Shown in pieces: positions 14,076 through 27,574 of a stretch of 64,000 nucleotides of DNA. The stretch lies in NCBI RefSeq assembly GCF_009914755.1, contig NC_060935.1. One strand, 5' to 3'. The position numbers and the translations under genes were made by a program. Source of the DNA: the human T2T-CHM13v2.0 reference genome, Homo sapiens. The notes beneath the pieces are model-generated. The model did not search any database, had not been told where the DNA came from, and saw only the letters and a list, made by a program, of their open reading frames with translations. Position 1 is the stretch's first letter. The number at the start of each line of letters is the position of its first letter.

Positions 14076-14781
14076 AACCAAAAACCTCTCCTCATATTAG
14101 GTCTTCCTTAGAGGCATTATTTTGTATCATTTTTCAAGACCTAGTGGTATTACTTCATTCACTGAAATACTCATTGCTTATTTGGGCTCAAGGGAACTAA
14201 AAGATTTTATAAAGCTTCCAAGTGGCACAGGATCAGCAAACAATTTTTTACCAACTGATAGATTCTAGTGGACTACTCATTCCCAAGACAGACCTTCACA
14301 GAACAGCACCTGATATTTTCACTTCCAGTCAGTACTGAAACTAATAACAACTCCCTAAGCAAAGTAGACATGCCCTATTCAAATAGAAACACTATTTAGA
14401 CAATCTTTGCAGCAAACCTCCTCAAATTTACAACTCTAAGATATGAAAACCTTGTAAAAAAAGCTTTCTGAAACTTCTAACCTACTATTTTTTTTCATGA
14501 TATTAACCAGTGCTAATGATTCCTATGGACCATAAATGCTTCTAAATTGTATCATTTTAAACCTTAGCCTCACTTTTATTGATATTATTAAATATTCTGA
14601 ATATAGCACAACACAAAGGAAAGGTGTATATCTGCAAACAAGTGAAGAAACTCTGAAGCCAGATTTTTTAGTTTTGTGATGTTGACAAGTAATCACACTG
14701 TGTCCTATTTTGTCCTTTCTATAGTAACATGGTACCTCTGTGTTCCTTTCCAGCACTAATATTCTTCAACAATTCTAACTG

Positions 14782-14783
<2 letters not shown>

Positions 14784-14821
<38 letters not shown>
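14784..14821. repeat. (TG)n microsatellite
   Basis: About 19 perfect TG units. Confidence 0.95.
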
Positions 14822-14823
<2 letters not shown>

Positions 14824-15399
14824 ACGACAGCTGGCTTGTAATTTTACAGCTTCAATTTTCCATTATTCACTAAAATAACTGACCTAGGTGATGAAATGAA
14901 ACATTTAAATATCATGTTATGTCACATAAAGGCAATATTGGCTATCTTCCTTGCAGTCATAAGAGTTTTTTGTTTGTTTGTTTTTGTTTTGTCAGGTATG
15001 GTAACAATACTGAGGCAATTCTGTCTCATACTCTCTCACCGTATGTCTGCTCTAAATAAAACACTCATGGGAATTTCAGAAAAACATACAGTATGTATAC
15101 ACTTAAGTGATTACAGATGGATCAAAGAGTCAGAAAAGAGCCTCGTAAACATTCATGTAATGCCAAGTAGAATGCAAAAGACAGGTATCGTGCACACAAT
15201 GACGCCATTATAATAGAGACATGAGTTGAAATTCTGATGTCCTGTCTTATCTGTGGAGATTTATATAATTTTTTACTGTCACTTATTCTTTATTTCTTCT
15301 GTTACACAAAGGAGATGATAATAACTCATTTGTAAGTTTTTATGTAAGGGCTAATGGAGTAATGCATAAAAAGTGTTGGCATATATTAGTGATGTTGGC

Positions 15400-18130
15400 T
15401 TGCAGTTTTCCTGATCTTACCCGCTAAAACCTCCTTTGTCTTTCTCATCTTAGTAAATAACAGCTGCTTCCTTCCACTCACTTAGTTCAATCCTGCAACT
15501 ACTATGGTCTCCTCTCTTTATCGCATATATCACCTCTAATTCACATAGAAAGCATGTTTCTTCTACTTGTTCTGTGTTTTTCCCTGTATGTTACAAGTAC
15601 CCTAGACCAAGGCACTGTAATCTCTCAACTAACAATACTCTCTGCTAGACAGTTAATTCTCAAAACAAACAGTAAAGTGATATTTTTTAAATGCAAGTCT
15701 AATCAACTCATTTCCCTTGGCAAAATCACTCTACTATCTTCTCAATGCGTTGTAATTAAAAATCAATAGCATTTCTATATACCAATAATGATCAAGCTAA
15801 AAACAAAATCAAGAACTAAATTCCATTTACAATGGCTAAAAATAAAAATACCTAGGAATACATTTAACCAAGGAGAGGGAACACTTTACAAGGAGAACTA
15901 CAAAACACTAATGAAAGAAATCACAGATGACACAACAAATGAAAAAACTTCCCATGCCTATGAACTGGAAAAATCAGTATAGTTAAAATGTCCGTAATGC
16001 TCAAAGCATCTACAGATTCAATGCAATTCCTATCAAATTATCAACATCATTTAATGTAGAATTAGGAAAAAAAACTTAACATTTATGTAGAATCAAAAAA
16101 GAGCCACAATAGCCAAAGCGATCCTAAGCAAAAGGAGTAAAGTGAGAAGCATCACATTACCTTAATTCAAATTATACTGCAAAGCTATAGTAATCAAAAC
16201 GACATGATACTGATACAGAAATAGAAACACAGATCAATGGTAGACAATAAAGAGCAGAGAAATAAATTCACATATCTACAACCAACTGGTCTTTGACAAA
16301 GTCAACAGGATACTGTTTAATAAATGGAGCTGGGAAAATTGGATAGCCATATGCAGAAGAATAAAACTGGACCCATATCCCTCATTATCTACCAAAATTA
16401 ACTCGATTAATTTAAGAAGACTTAAATGTAAGAACTCACACTATTAAAAAAAAAAAAGTCATAGAAGGGAACCTAGGAAAAACTCTTTTGTACACTGGCT
16501 TGGGCAAAATACTTATGACCAGGTATCAAAAGCAAATGCAACAAAATGAAAAATAAACAATGGGACTTAATTGAACTGAAAATCTTTCATACAGCAAAAT
16601 ATATAATCACCAGAGCAAACAGACAACCTATAGAATGGAAGAAAATATTTGAAAACTATGCAGCTGACAAATGCCTCATATTCGGAATCTGCAAAGAACT
16701 CAAACAACTCAAGAAGAAAAAAATTAAAAAATGAGCAAAGTACATGAACACACATTTTTCAAAAGAAGGCATAAAAGCAGTCAACAAATATGAAAAAATG
16801 CTCAACACCACTAACATTTCTCTAATCTTAATCAGAGAGATGTAAATTACAACCACAATGATGTGTCATCTTACACCAGTCCGAATGCCTATTTTCAGAA
16901 AGTAAAAAATCAACAGATGTTGGTTAGATTGTGGAGAAAGGGGATGCTTATACACTGTTAGTGGGAATGGAAATCAGTTATAAACTCTATGAGAAACTGT
17001 ATGGATATTCCTCAAAGAGATAAAAATAAAACTAGCATTCAATCCAGCAATCCCACTAATGGGTATCCACCCAAGGGGAAAGAAATCATTGTGTTAAAAA
17101 TAAATCTGAGCTTGTATGTTTATTGTAGCACTATTCACAATAGCAAAGTCATGGAATCAACCTGTGTCCATTAACAGAAGACTGGATAAAGAAAATATGG
17201 TGTGTGTGTGTATTACTTATATACACACACATACACATATACCACATTTTCTTTATCCAGTCATCTTTTACAAATATATAAAGGAATACTAGTAATCCAT
17301 AAAAAAAAAGAAAATCATGTATTTTGCAGCAATATGAATGGAACTGGAGGCCATTATCCAAGTAAAGCAACTCAATGTCAAATACCTCATGTTCTCATTC
17401 GTAAGTGGGAGCTAAACAATGGGTATATGTTGACATACGAAGTGGAATAACAGACACTGGAGACTCCACAGGTCAGAGGGTGGGAGGGAGTTTAGGGCTA
17501 AAAAATTACCTGTTGGGTACAAAGTATACTATTCTGGTGATCAGTGTAAGAAAAGCCCAGACTTTATTACTATGCAATATACCCATGGAACAAAACTGCA
17601 CTTGTACCCCCTAAATCTATTAAAAAAAAAAAACCAAAGTTCTTAAAACAGCTCGCCATGCCCTGAATGATTAGGCATGTATCCTCAATATCTCTACCTT
17701 TTTTCTAGCCTCAGTATCTACCACTTTATCTCCCTTCTTGTTCCAGTCAAAATGAACACAATTCTGAATATACTAAGCAAGTTCCTGTCTCAGAGCCTTT
17801 GCACTTGCTCTTCATCTGCCTTAAAGGCTTTTGCCAGATAACTGTATGTCTGTTTTCAAGTACCAGTTCCATTAGAAAAGTTTTTTCTAACCATATAATT
17901 TACACGAGGTACATGTTCTTTGCCTAACCTTAATTATCTCCTTAGCCCCACCTGACACACTGAACATGTAGTTGCTGGTTTATTGTTTGTCTTCGCTACA
18001 TGTAATATAAATTTGATGAGGCATGGGATGCTAATTTGTTTCCTTATGTATCCAAGAGTCTAATGAATTTCTAACAGATGATGATAGGAGCTTGAGGGAT
18101 AGCTCTTTAAATAATAAATAAATGAATAAA
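15400..18130 (+). mobile_element. L2 remnants (~15400-15750 and ~17635-18130) flanking the L1PB insertion
   Basis: Degenerate L2 motifs (cctagaccaaggcactgtaatctctc, tcagagcctttgcacttgct, tgtaatataaatttgatgaggc) and an ataaatgaataa tail. Confidence 0.55.
15757..17633 (+). mobile_element. 5'-truncated L1PB-type element (ORF2 3' half, 3' UTR, poly-A)
   Basis: ORF2 peptides LYKENYKTLMKEI and WDLIELKIFHTAK; 3' UTR ending aaaactgcacttgtaccccctaaatctattaaaaaaaa. Confidence 0.9.
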
Positions 18131-19289
18131 TTATATGGCAGAATGTATGTTCACATTTCATGTGTAAAAGGAAGACTCAGAAACAAAAGAACTCAGAAGA
18201 GAACAGAATTACTCCCTCAAAATATGTTCAAGAGAGTCCAGATTTGAGAAAAACTGGCTAATCAGATTTTTTAAAACCACATGCAAAACACACAACAGAT
18301 ATTTAAATGTGTATATACACACATACATACAAAATTGCTAATTTCCTGAGTTTAGGGTTAATCCGTCTATTTTGTAATGACTGCAACCCTCTCACATGGT
18401 TATCATATATACAAAGCTTGTTTCATTTCTTCAGAGGTCAACTGAATTAATAGATAAAATAATTATGGAATGAGTAGTGTATGGAAAATGCCCAAGATTC
18501 CATTAATTTTGAAGACTAGGGTAATTCTGCAGATTTTTACTTATGACAGAGTACAAAGTATTTTTTTGCTTGTTTGTTTGTTTGCTTTTGCCTTTAGGCC
18601 ATGATTTGCACGTTTACTACCACAAGCAATAGGACAAGAAGTCAATATGGCTTTCTCAAATGATTTAAACATTCCCCAAACCCCTTTATCCTTGCCCATC
18701 CTTAATGGAAATAAGTGACTAGTTGAGTACCAGAGACAAAAAATAGAGCACACTGATGTGCTCTTCAGAGAAGATTGGATGGTCCAAGAAAACTTGGAAG
18801 AATAAGACTTTAAATACAACCACCTCTCGCCTTTGAGTAGCTAACTCATTTTAGGCTTCTAGCTAATCATGACTTCTCAAGAAAGTGTTATTTTCCCCTT
18901 ATAAATTAGACTTGTTTTATACACCCACCCCCACCACACACACACACAAATAAAATAGCACTTCTTTCTCAACACCAAGCAGAGTTCTAGCACAGAGGAA
19001 ATGTTCAATACCTATTAGTTCAATGGGTATATGAAATAAAGAGTGAATAGGGTTGCATATATGAAGGGATGGATGGTTGAATGGGCAGCAGGATGGATGA
19101 CAAATTAAATCAAGGAATTAACATAAATATTCTTGAGTTCACAATAAAGCAAAAAGAATGTGGAAGCATGTCAGGTACATTATCTCATATGAATAAAGAT
19201 ATTATCTTTAGGTAGGTGCTTACATAGTAAATATAATGTTTTGCCATCAGGGGAGATTATAGTAATTGCCACTTTTGCAGAGTAGAAAA

Positions 19290-19505
19290 GTTATAGACTT
19301 GGGAGCTAAGCCAACTTGGTTTCATTTCACAGGTCTACAGCTTTATACTTGGATATCTTTAAGTGAATGTCCCAAAATTTTAAAAGCCTCAGTGTGCTCA
19401 TCTGCACATATAGGTCTCTATGTTACATTGTTTTTATGAGATCTGGATATAATGTATGAAAAAGGCTAAAATATAGTAGTTGCTCAATAAATGGTAACTA
19501 TTATT
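19290..19505 (+). mobile_element. MIR SINE
   Basis: agacttgggagc...gcctcagtgtgctcatctg...tagttgctcaataaatggtaactattatta. Confidence 0.65.
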
Positions 19506-19919
19506 ATTTGGTAAGGGCAACTTTTGTCAGTAAAGTGTTATCTTTGGTAAACTACTTAGCCTTGAATTCTAAGGTATCCTTTAGAAACATTTTTTTAAGA
19601 AATCAGTGGAGTGTCTAGTTTTATGAAAAGCAAACTTATATAATTTTACATTTACTGAACTCATTAAAAATGTACCACTTTAGGGAATATGACATTTCAC
19701 ACACCACCTAGTTCTAGGTTAATATATGATCAAACTGGTTAAAATAGAGGCTTTATAATCATGCTTGTGTTTTATTTCCTGCACTGCCACACACATCAGT
19801 TTGATACTGGACAAGTTAGTTAACGTTCTACGACTCAAGCACTTCCCTCATCTCCAAAACAAAGATAGAGACACCTACATCTTAGAGTTGTTGTAATGCT
19901 TGTCAGGTGCATTTTACAC

Positions 19920-20110
19920 ACAGCTTTTAACCTATATAAATGAGTTTCCACTCACTAATCTTCACAACAAGCTGTGAGGTAAATAATATTAATATTATCA
20001 TTTGCAGAAGAAAATACGAGGCACTTAGCAATAAATAACTTGCTAAAAGTCACAAATCTAAGGAAGTGGAAAGGCTGGATTTCCATCTGTGGAACCTGAT
20101 TCTGGAAGAC
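19920..20110 (-). mobile_element. MIR SINE
   Basis: taatcttcacaacaagctgtgaggta...tttgcagaagaaaatacgaggcac...taacttgctaaaagtcaca. Confidence 0.65.
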
Positions 20111-20599
20111 TCTTACCTATTTCCTTGTTTTGTCTGCCTCTGCTGTCTTGGTGGAAATATACAATGGCACAAAGCCATTTGAGAAAAGGAGAATGAGCAA
20201 CATTTTTTAAAATCGTAAAAAATTTCAAAAGCCCTTCCTGCATGTACAACCTTAGCAGGAGTTCTGTGTCTTGTAAATTAAAGCTAGGCTTCTTTAGCAA
20301 GAGTTGGAAACTCAGGATAATGCCGATTGGTTTTGCCATAGTAAAGTACTTTCAATTTCATCTTGGAATTCAAAGGAATAAAATGATTTACTGTAATAAG
20401 ATGTGAGTTTCACTTATCTGTTGATTCTATCTGGTCTATAATGTGACATATTTATACTGATATGTATAATATCTAAATAAAAGTGGAAATGGAAGGTCTT
20501 AAAGGAAACAGAAAAAAAAACTGCTTTGATGACATTTATGTGTATGCCCACATTCTGCCATTTATCAGCTCTGTGACTTGGGATGATTCACTTAATCTC

Positions 20600-21423
20600 T
20601 GTATTAGTCCATTCTCACATTGGCATAGAAAACTACCTAAACTACTTTGCTCCCCAGAAAATGGGTTTTTCTTTTCTACCACATGGCTGGGCTGCAAATT
20701 TTCCCAACATTTATGCTCTGCTTCCCTATTAAATATAAGTTCCGGTTTCAGATCATCTCTTTGCTCATGCATAACAAAAGTGACCTTAGCTCCAGTTCTC
20801 AATAAGTTTGTCATCTCCATCTGAAACATCCTAAGCCTGGAATCCATTGTCCATAACACTATCAGCATTTTCATCACAACAGTTTAACAACTCTCTAGGA
20901 AATTCCAAACTTTCCCTCATCTTTCTGTCTTTTTCTGAGCCCTCTACACTATTCCAACCTCTGCCCATTACCCAGTTCTGAAGTCACTTCCATATTTTCA
21001 GGTATCTTTTTAGTAATGCCTTACTCCCAGTACCAATTTTCTGTATTAGTCCATTCTCACATTGCTATAAATAACTACCTGAGACTCAGTAATTTATAAA
21101 GAAAAGAGGTTTAATTAACTCACAGTTCCACAGGCTTTACAGGATGCATGGCTGGGAGGCTTCAGCAAACTTACAGTCATGCCAGAAGGCGAGGGGGAAG
21201 CAGGCACATCTTACATGGCTGGAGAAAGAAAGAGACGGAAAAAGGGAGGGATTACACACTTTTAAATAACCAGATCTCCTGAGAATTCACTCACTATCAG
21301 ACAAACAGCAAGGAGGAAGTCCATCCCCATGGCTTGATAACCTCCCACCAAGCCCCTCCTTCAACGTTGGGGATCACAATTTGACATGACATTTGGTTGG
21401 GAACACAAATCCAAACCATTTCA
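20600..21423 (-). mobile_element. MSTA-type MaLR provirus with internal deletion (full LTR 21042-21423, int ~20646-21041, 3' LTR stub 20600-~20645)
   Basis: tgtattagtccattctcacatt occurs at both 20600 and 21042; perfect 5-bp TSD ATCTC at 20595-20599 and 21424-21428. Confidence 0.92.
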
Positions 21424-21482
21424 ATCTCATTAATCCTCAGTTTTCTCTGAATATACAATTCACAAAGTTGTGGCTGTGAAAT

Positions 21483-22417
21483 TGATTCAGGAGATTTTCT
21501 TGACCGCTTTGTTGCACTTGCCACATGAGTGCCCCACTTACTTGGCCCACCATGCTCAACCTCTTGTAGCACATGGAGCAATTCAGAGAGTGAGTGTGGG
21601 TTTCGGCCAGCCCTTCTGGGCATCTGCGGGAGCAGGCTCCAATGCAGGCCCCACAGCCCAACCAGATGTGGGTGAACGAGTGCTGCTTTGGGCTCTGGCA
21701 GGAGCAGGCTCTGTGTGGGCCCCCATCCTAAATGGAAGTACCTGTGACCCTAAAGGGCATGTTACAATGTTCTCTTAGCTTTGCCTTTCATGGACAGCAG
21801 TGTGTTATCAGCTCAACGGCCCCCTTGCCTCATAACATAGAGTGGCTGCCCTCCACCAGTGAGAGCAAAGGACCACTTTGAAAGCCTTTTTTTGGTACCA
21901 ACACTCAGTGGGTCCTGAGCTCTTGTCCAGCGTCCAAGAAGAATGAGGTTGCAAAGACACTTGAAGAATGCTGGAGGTGGAGAATTTTATTTAGTGATGG
22001 ACATGGCTCTCAGTGGAGAGGAGAGCTGGAGAAGGGATGGAACAGGCACATAATCTTCCCTGAAGTCTGGCCATCTCCAGCTGGCTCTTCTCCAATGTTA
22101 AGCCATCCCTCTGAAGTCAAATTGCCTCACTACTTGACTTTTCGTCCTCTACCACTTCTCTTCCTCTACCAACCGAGTCTGGGGTCTTTATAGGCACAGG
22201 ATGGGGAGTGGGGCAGGCTATAGGTAGTTTTGGAAAAGGCAACATTTGATTGGTAAAAATACATTATTCAGAAAGAACCAATTGGAAGTGAGTGGGCAAG
22301 CAGGGATAGAAATTCTGACTTTGGGCCATGGGTTTCAGGCTTTTTGGCTCAAAGGTGGGGTTTTGCCAGGGACTCGCCCCTTTCTGCCTAGAATTTCTCT
22401 GCCTCCTGCTTCTATCA
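21483..22417 (-). mobile_element. ERV1 solo LTR, MER52/LTR27 family
   Basis: On - strand begins TGATAGAAGCAGGAGGCAGAGAAATTCTAGGCAGAAAGGGGCGAGTCCCTGGCAAAACCCCACC and ends GAAAATCTCCTGAATCA; near-TSD aaat/aaac; GC-rich. Confidence 0.85.
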
Positions 22418-24314
22418 AAACAAAATAATGTAAACTAAAACAGTTTCTGCAATGTAAAAAAAAAAAAGATTGTTTTTAGAATGATTAGTGATAAGTCATT
22501 CCAATTTCAGTTTTCAATAACTGGCATATTATATCCACTAACACCACTTCACCTTTCCATTTTTGGGGAATGAATTTTTACCTGTGGAGTAATTTTCTAA
22601 AGATACATTTAAGCCATGAAGCTTAAAAGAAAGAATAATTATTTTCCCCCTGAGAGATATCAATCTAATATTTGATGCACTGCCATGCCCCTTTAAAAAT
22701 AATATATGGAACCTAATTTAGCTTTTAAAAAATGACTCATGTTTCTAAGAAACATGAGTGACTGAGCTGAATATTAATATAGTGATACTGTCCAAGATGA
22801 TGAAAGTATACAAGCTGTTTTCTGTCACTAAATACAATTTCCGTATCATTGCTTTTTGGTACCTTTGATAAAGTTGTCGTTCATTTCGTCTCCTGTGCCT
22901 AAGAGATCTTTAGTACTAAATGTATCTTTCTGTCAATTTTTCTAACTTATTTTATATAATTTGCTGTAGAAGAGAATATTTCAAAACAAGTTTATTAATA
23001 TTATTACAATAGAGTCAATCAATTCAATGTAAGAGCCAATGATCCCTTCTAGAATAAGACACAGATTTTGACGGTTGGATGGCTGGAGAATCTTCATAAA
23101 CATTGGGACTTCACTGGCTAGCTGAGGTTGTAGAAAATCTTGTTTTCAGATAACTAAGGTGTATATGCATTTTCAAAATATCAGCAGTGTCAAATGTCTT
23201 GGCAGGCCAAAAAAACAGTCTATGATTACTCTTATGAAATATTGTAAAACAGTTCAGCAAATAGACAAAATTCCTAGATTTCATTAAAGACTACCCAATT
23301 TCTCTGAACCAAATAAAGTCCTGACATTTGTAGAGAAATCCTAGCTTCAGCTGAAGGTTGTTGCTTAAAGAGGAGACTAATTCAGCTTTCATATCTAGAA
23401 ATAGACAAGGAAAAAGAATGAATAACTGATTTATTTTAAATTTGTATGTTGCTTGCCTTAAAAACAAATATTTTTAGATACTGCACACATCATTTTCGGC
23501 ACATTTAGATATTTGGACTTAATATATGCTGACAACTTCCTGAATTCCAAAACAAAGAAAGCTGAGAAACATTTCATTTAAAAATATATTTGACAAGTTT
23601 AGATTACTGGGAAGAAAACCCCATTTTTGGGCTCCTGGAATTGTCAGCCACATATGCCTAATTATCCCCTCTACATAAAGGAGGAATGTTTTGTTTAGCC
23701 ATATTTACAATGTGTTCTTACTTCCAAATTACATGTTTAATCACAGAAATAATACAACACAATGAATGTCACGCTTTTCACTTTGTTTTTGTTTTTCCAT
23801 CTAAACCAAGAAGAGAATACAAAAGCAGGTGAGTATGTAGAGTTATCAGTCCTAAGTTCTGCTAATTCTTCAAGTTTTTTTGTTACATTCTATGCTTATA
23901 TAATAATGGAATATTAAAATGCAAATTCATTTTTATTTGTCAGGATTATTTTAAAGGTAAAGTTTCCTACGGCCAATTTTCTTACAAAAATAACTGGACC
24001 TGCAATAATAATCTGGAAACGTTTGGGCATAATAATGGGACCAAACATGAAAGCTTTCTCACTAATTAGAGAAAAAAATATTCAGTACTACTCACCTACA
24101 GTGGGTTTAACTTCTTTCAGAAAAGGTAACTAAACTTGCACTTAAGCCATTATTAATTCTTAACTTTGAAGGATTTTGGAAATAATTTTTTCTCTTGAGG
24201 TCAGAAACTTCCAGATGTTTAGTTACCTAAAATATAACAGAACCGAACCAAGTATAAAAAGTAATTGATGGTATGAATCTTTAACTCTCATATATATTGC
24301 CCTGCTTGCCACTT

Positions 24315-24445
24315 TAAAATTATATATAATTATAATACTTTATACTATCTTATAAGTTATATATAAAATTATATGTAATTATTGTATATAATAAAGTATA
24401 AATAAAACAATTTTATTATATACAATAATTATATATCATATATAG
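24315..24445. repeat. AT-rich low-complexity tract
   Basis: Degenerate tata/ataat runs. Confidence 0.8.
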
Positions 24446-25499
24446 TTTCTTGTATGTTAGTTATTTATTTGATGAAAGTGGAGGTTTCAATACAAAAATT
24501 TAAAAGATGGTGGATAAATATAGGTGTGTCAAATGCTGTTCTTGTGCGATAGATTTTGGCAGGAGAGATCTTCAGCTGCTATTGCAGAACATGGTCTTTA
24601 GTCATAGTAGGTTTTATTTTTTAAACAGTTATTTCATCCAATATAAGGCTGAAGTGATGAAAGCAAAGGAGTATATTGAGTTGCTCATTGTTATTTACTG
24701 CCTCTTTCAGAACACAAAGAGGAAGTGGGATTCATTGCATATCATAACACCCATGGAGTACTCACACACCCACTCACACAGAAACAACTATGAGGAAAAA
24801 ATTAAACTGAGGAATATATTCTAAGAACATTTTATTATTTAGTAAAAAATTTAATGTTAGTTTAGGTTTTATTTTCTTTAATTGCTATCAGAAGTTTTAG
24901 GGGTTTGAAATAGGAGATTAGTAATTTCTCTCTAAGGTCATGTAGTTATAAAATTAAAGCTACCAAACTTCACTGTTTAAATTAAGGAAAAGTCTAAAAA
25001 GAGCCTCCTTTTTCCCTCATTTATTATAAAAGCCCCCATACTGATTTTACAATTGAGAAATTCTTGTGTTGACTTATTAACATCTTCCAGATTAATCTTT
25101 CCAAAATATAGCTGTTATCATCACAGCATTTTTTGATAGAACATTTTCAGATCCTTCACTATATCTTAAATAAACTTGAAAAAATTATCATCTAATCCAT
25201 GCCTTCAATAATGTTTTTTCTATTTATTATTCTATCCTACTGACCATTACTTCTTATTCGTAAACAACAGCTCTCCAACTAAATCAAGCTAGTTGCCATT
25301 GTGTAAATATACAATTTTTTCTTTTGGTGTATGCTCACTGGTACTTCTACTTGAAATTCCCATATTACATACTTCATAGCTCAGCTCAACTCTCCTTGTG
25401 GTTAATTCTCGCTCATTACTCCTTTAGCCTGAAGTAATCACCGACTTTCCTAGTGCTTCAATTCTTTCAAGTAACATGGAACTTGAATTATTTCAACTA

Positions 25500-25552
25500 G
25501 CATACATACACACACACACACACACACACAGACATACATACAAACACACACA
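25500..25552. repeat. (CA)n compound microsatellite
   Basis: catacatacacacacacacacacacacacagacatacatac. Confidence 0.9.
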
Positions 25553-25839
25553 TTTGTGTTCATAGCATATATTATCTATTAGTTAAATAACATATTTTGT
25601 TTACTCTTAACCAATCCCTCTCATAGTTTAACATTATCATGAACATAGGCATGCAATAGTGAGTGAAATAATAAATTAGTGGCAAATATTTAAACTTTAA
25701 CAAAATATAAGTTAATACTTTTTCTCATATCTCAATATATGCTCTTGTGTCAAAGTAAATGATGTTTCACTTCATTAAATTATCGTTCCTTGATGTAATA
25801 ATTTGAGTATAAAACTCTATGCTGTGCACTGACTGAGAA

Positions 25840-26100
25840 ACAGAATAGCATAATCATTAAAAGTGTTGGGTCTGGAGTCAGAGTTTAAATCATGGTCTCT
25901 GTCCAAAATATGTGAGTGGTCCACGTGCAAATTCTTTAACCTCTTTGTGCTTCAATGTGCTCATTTAGAAAATGTGGTTAATAATAGTACTTACTTTATA
26001 GTGTCATTCATGAATACTAGGTAAGAGAATATATGTAACAGTTTTAGGATTGCATCTAACATATAACATGAGACAAGAAATGTTAGCTCTTATTATTGCA
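25840..26100 (+). mobile_element. MIR SINE, near full length
   Basis: atagcataatcattaaaagtgttgggtctggagtcaga...tttaacctctttgtgcttca...aataatagtac...aaatgttagctcttattatt. Confidence 0.8.
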
Positions 26101-26581
26101 TACCATACATTTATATTATTTTACCTATTGCATATATTTTACATTATTTTAATGAAATAACAGCAATTTAGTACATTTATTTGCATTGATGTATTTGTCA
26201 TCTGTGTTTATATACATGCTATCATTAGGTATTTACACATAGGTATAAAACATGTATTTTTAAAATTTGTAAGCACTCCAGCAGTTACTGTAACAAATAG
26301 TAAGTTCATATAGAATGTAATGAGAAGGAAATGCCACTTTACAAATAGGGCATGTTATGGGGGCATATACACACATATATTGTGATGGTTAATACTGAGT
26401 GTCAACTTGATTGGATTGAAGGGTGGAAAGTATTGATCCTGGGTGTGCCTATGAGGCAGTTGCCAGGCAAGATAATGTTGATTCACCTCAGGAGCCACCT
26501 CCAACACCCCTGTTTGCTTCTAGACCTATAACTTGACTAAAGTCCTGGCGGGCCCCTACAGGTGAGGTTCAGATGTGACCC

Positions 26582-27259
26582 ATGAGGAGCTGTGCTACAC
26601 TAGAAAATAACTGCTTTGTGTTTTCTAATTTATGTAAGCCGACATCTGGAGAACAGACATGGGAATGGATATTAAGGCTGTGGGATAATGGTGGAAGGAA
26701 CATAGAGTTGGATCAGGCCAAATTTATTGATTTGGGCCCACTAACTGGGACTCTGCATTTAATGTTGCAGCTTGGGGTGTTAAAAAAAAGTTATAATAGT
26801 TTATTTGCTTGCTTAGCTGAAATATGGATGAAAAGACGGCCCACTGTGCGCAAGCTGAAAATGACTGATCTACCTTGGTTTAATGTAGAGGAAGGGATCC
26901 AAAGGCTTAGGGAGATTGGGGTAGTGGAGTGGATTAGTCACTTTAGACCGGATAGTCATCCCAGCTGGGACAGTCCAGAAGATATACCCTTGATCAATGC
27001 CTTGCAAAAGAGATTTGTAAGGGCAGCACCTGTATCTTTGAAGAGCCCTGTAATTGCTCTTCTCTGTATGTCAGATCTAACAGTGGGAACTGCAGTCACT
27101 CAACCACGAAATGTAAATACAATGGGAAGAATTGGATCCCCAGATGGCACTGGCCGAGTGGCAGTACTCAACCTTCCAAGGCAAGGAACCTCAACCTTTC
27201 AAAGGCAAGGTGGGCATAGCTACCATAATGGACAGCAGAGGCAAAGCGCAATAGAATAG
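26582..27259 (+). pseudogene. HERV-L gag remnant
   Basis: WEWILRLWDNGGRNIELDQAKFIDLGPL, LPWFNVEEGIQRLREIG and FVRAAPVSLKSPVIALLC; 5' part deleted, with frameshifted segments. Confidence 0.9.
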
Positions 27260-27574
27260 TCTGACTCATGTAGAGCTCTGGCATTGGCTAGTTAATCACG
27301 GTGTTCCTAGAAGTGAAATTGACAGGAAGCCTACTTAATTTATATAAGCAGAAAACTTCTAGGTTGAATGGATAAAAGATTAATTTGAATTACAAAAAAA
27401 GAGAATCATGGCCCCTCAACCAATGTCCAGACTTGAGCCAGTTTACAGACCCAGAACCCCTTGAATGAAGGGGAGGCCAGGTGCCCTTGAGGAAGAACCC
27501 CACTACACTACCAACAATTTATGCTATTAATCATTCTCCCATCCTTCCTCAAGGAGACCTCTGGCATTTTACCA

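Noticed and set aside
24090-24235. Possible minus-strand exon (tactcacct ... cctaaaatataa)
   Set aside because: Weak acceptor and no recognisable coding signal; expected by chance in AT-rich DNA.
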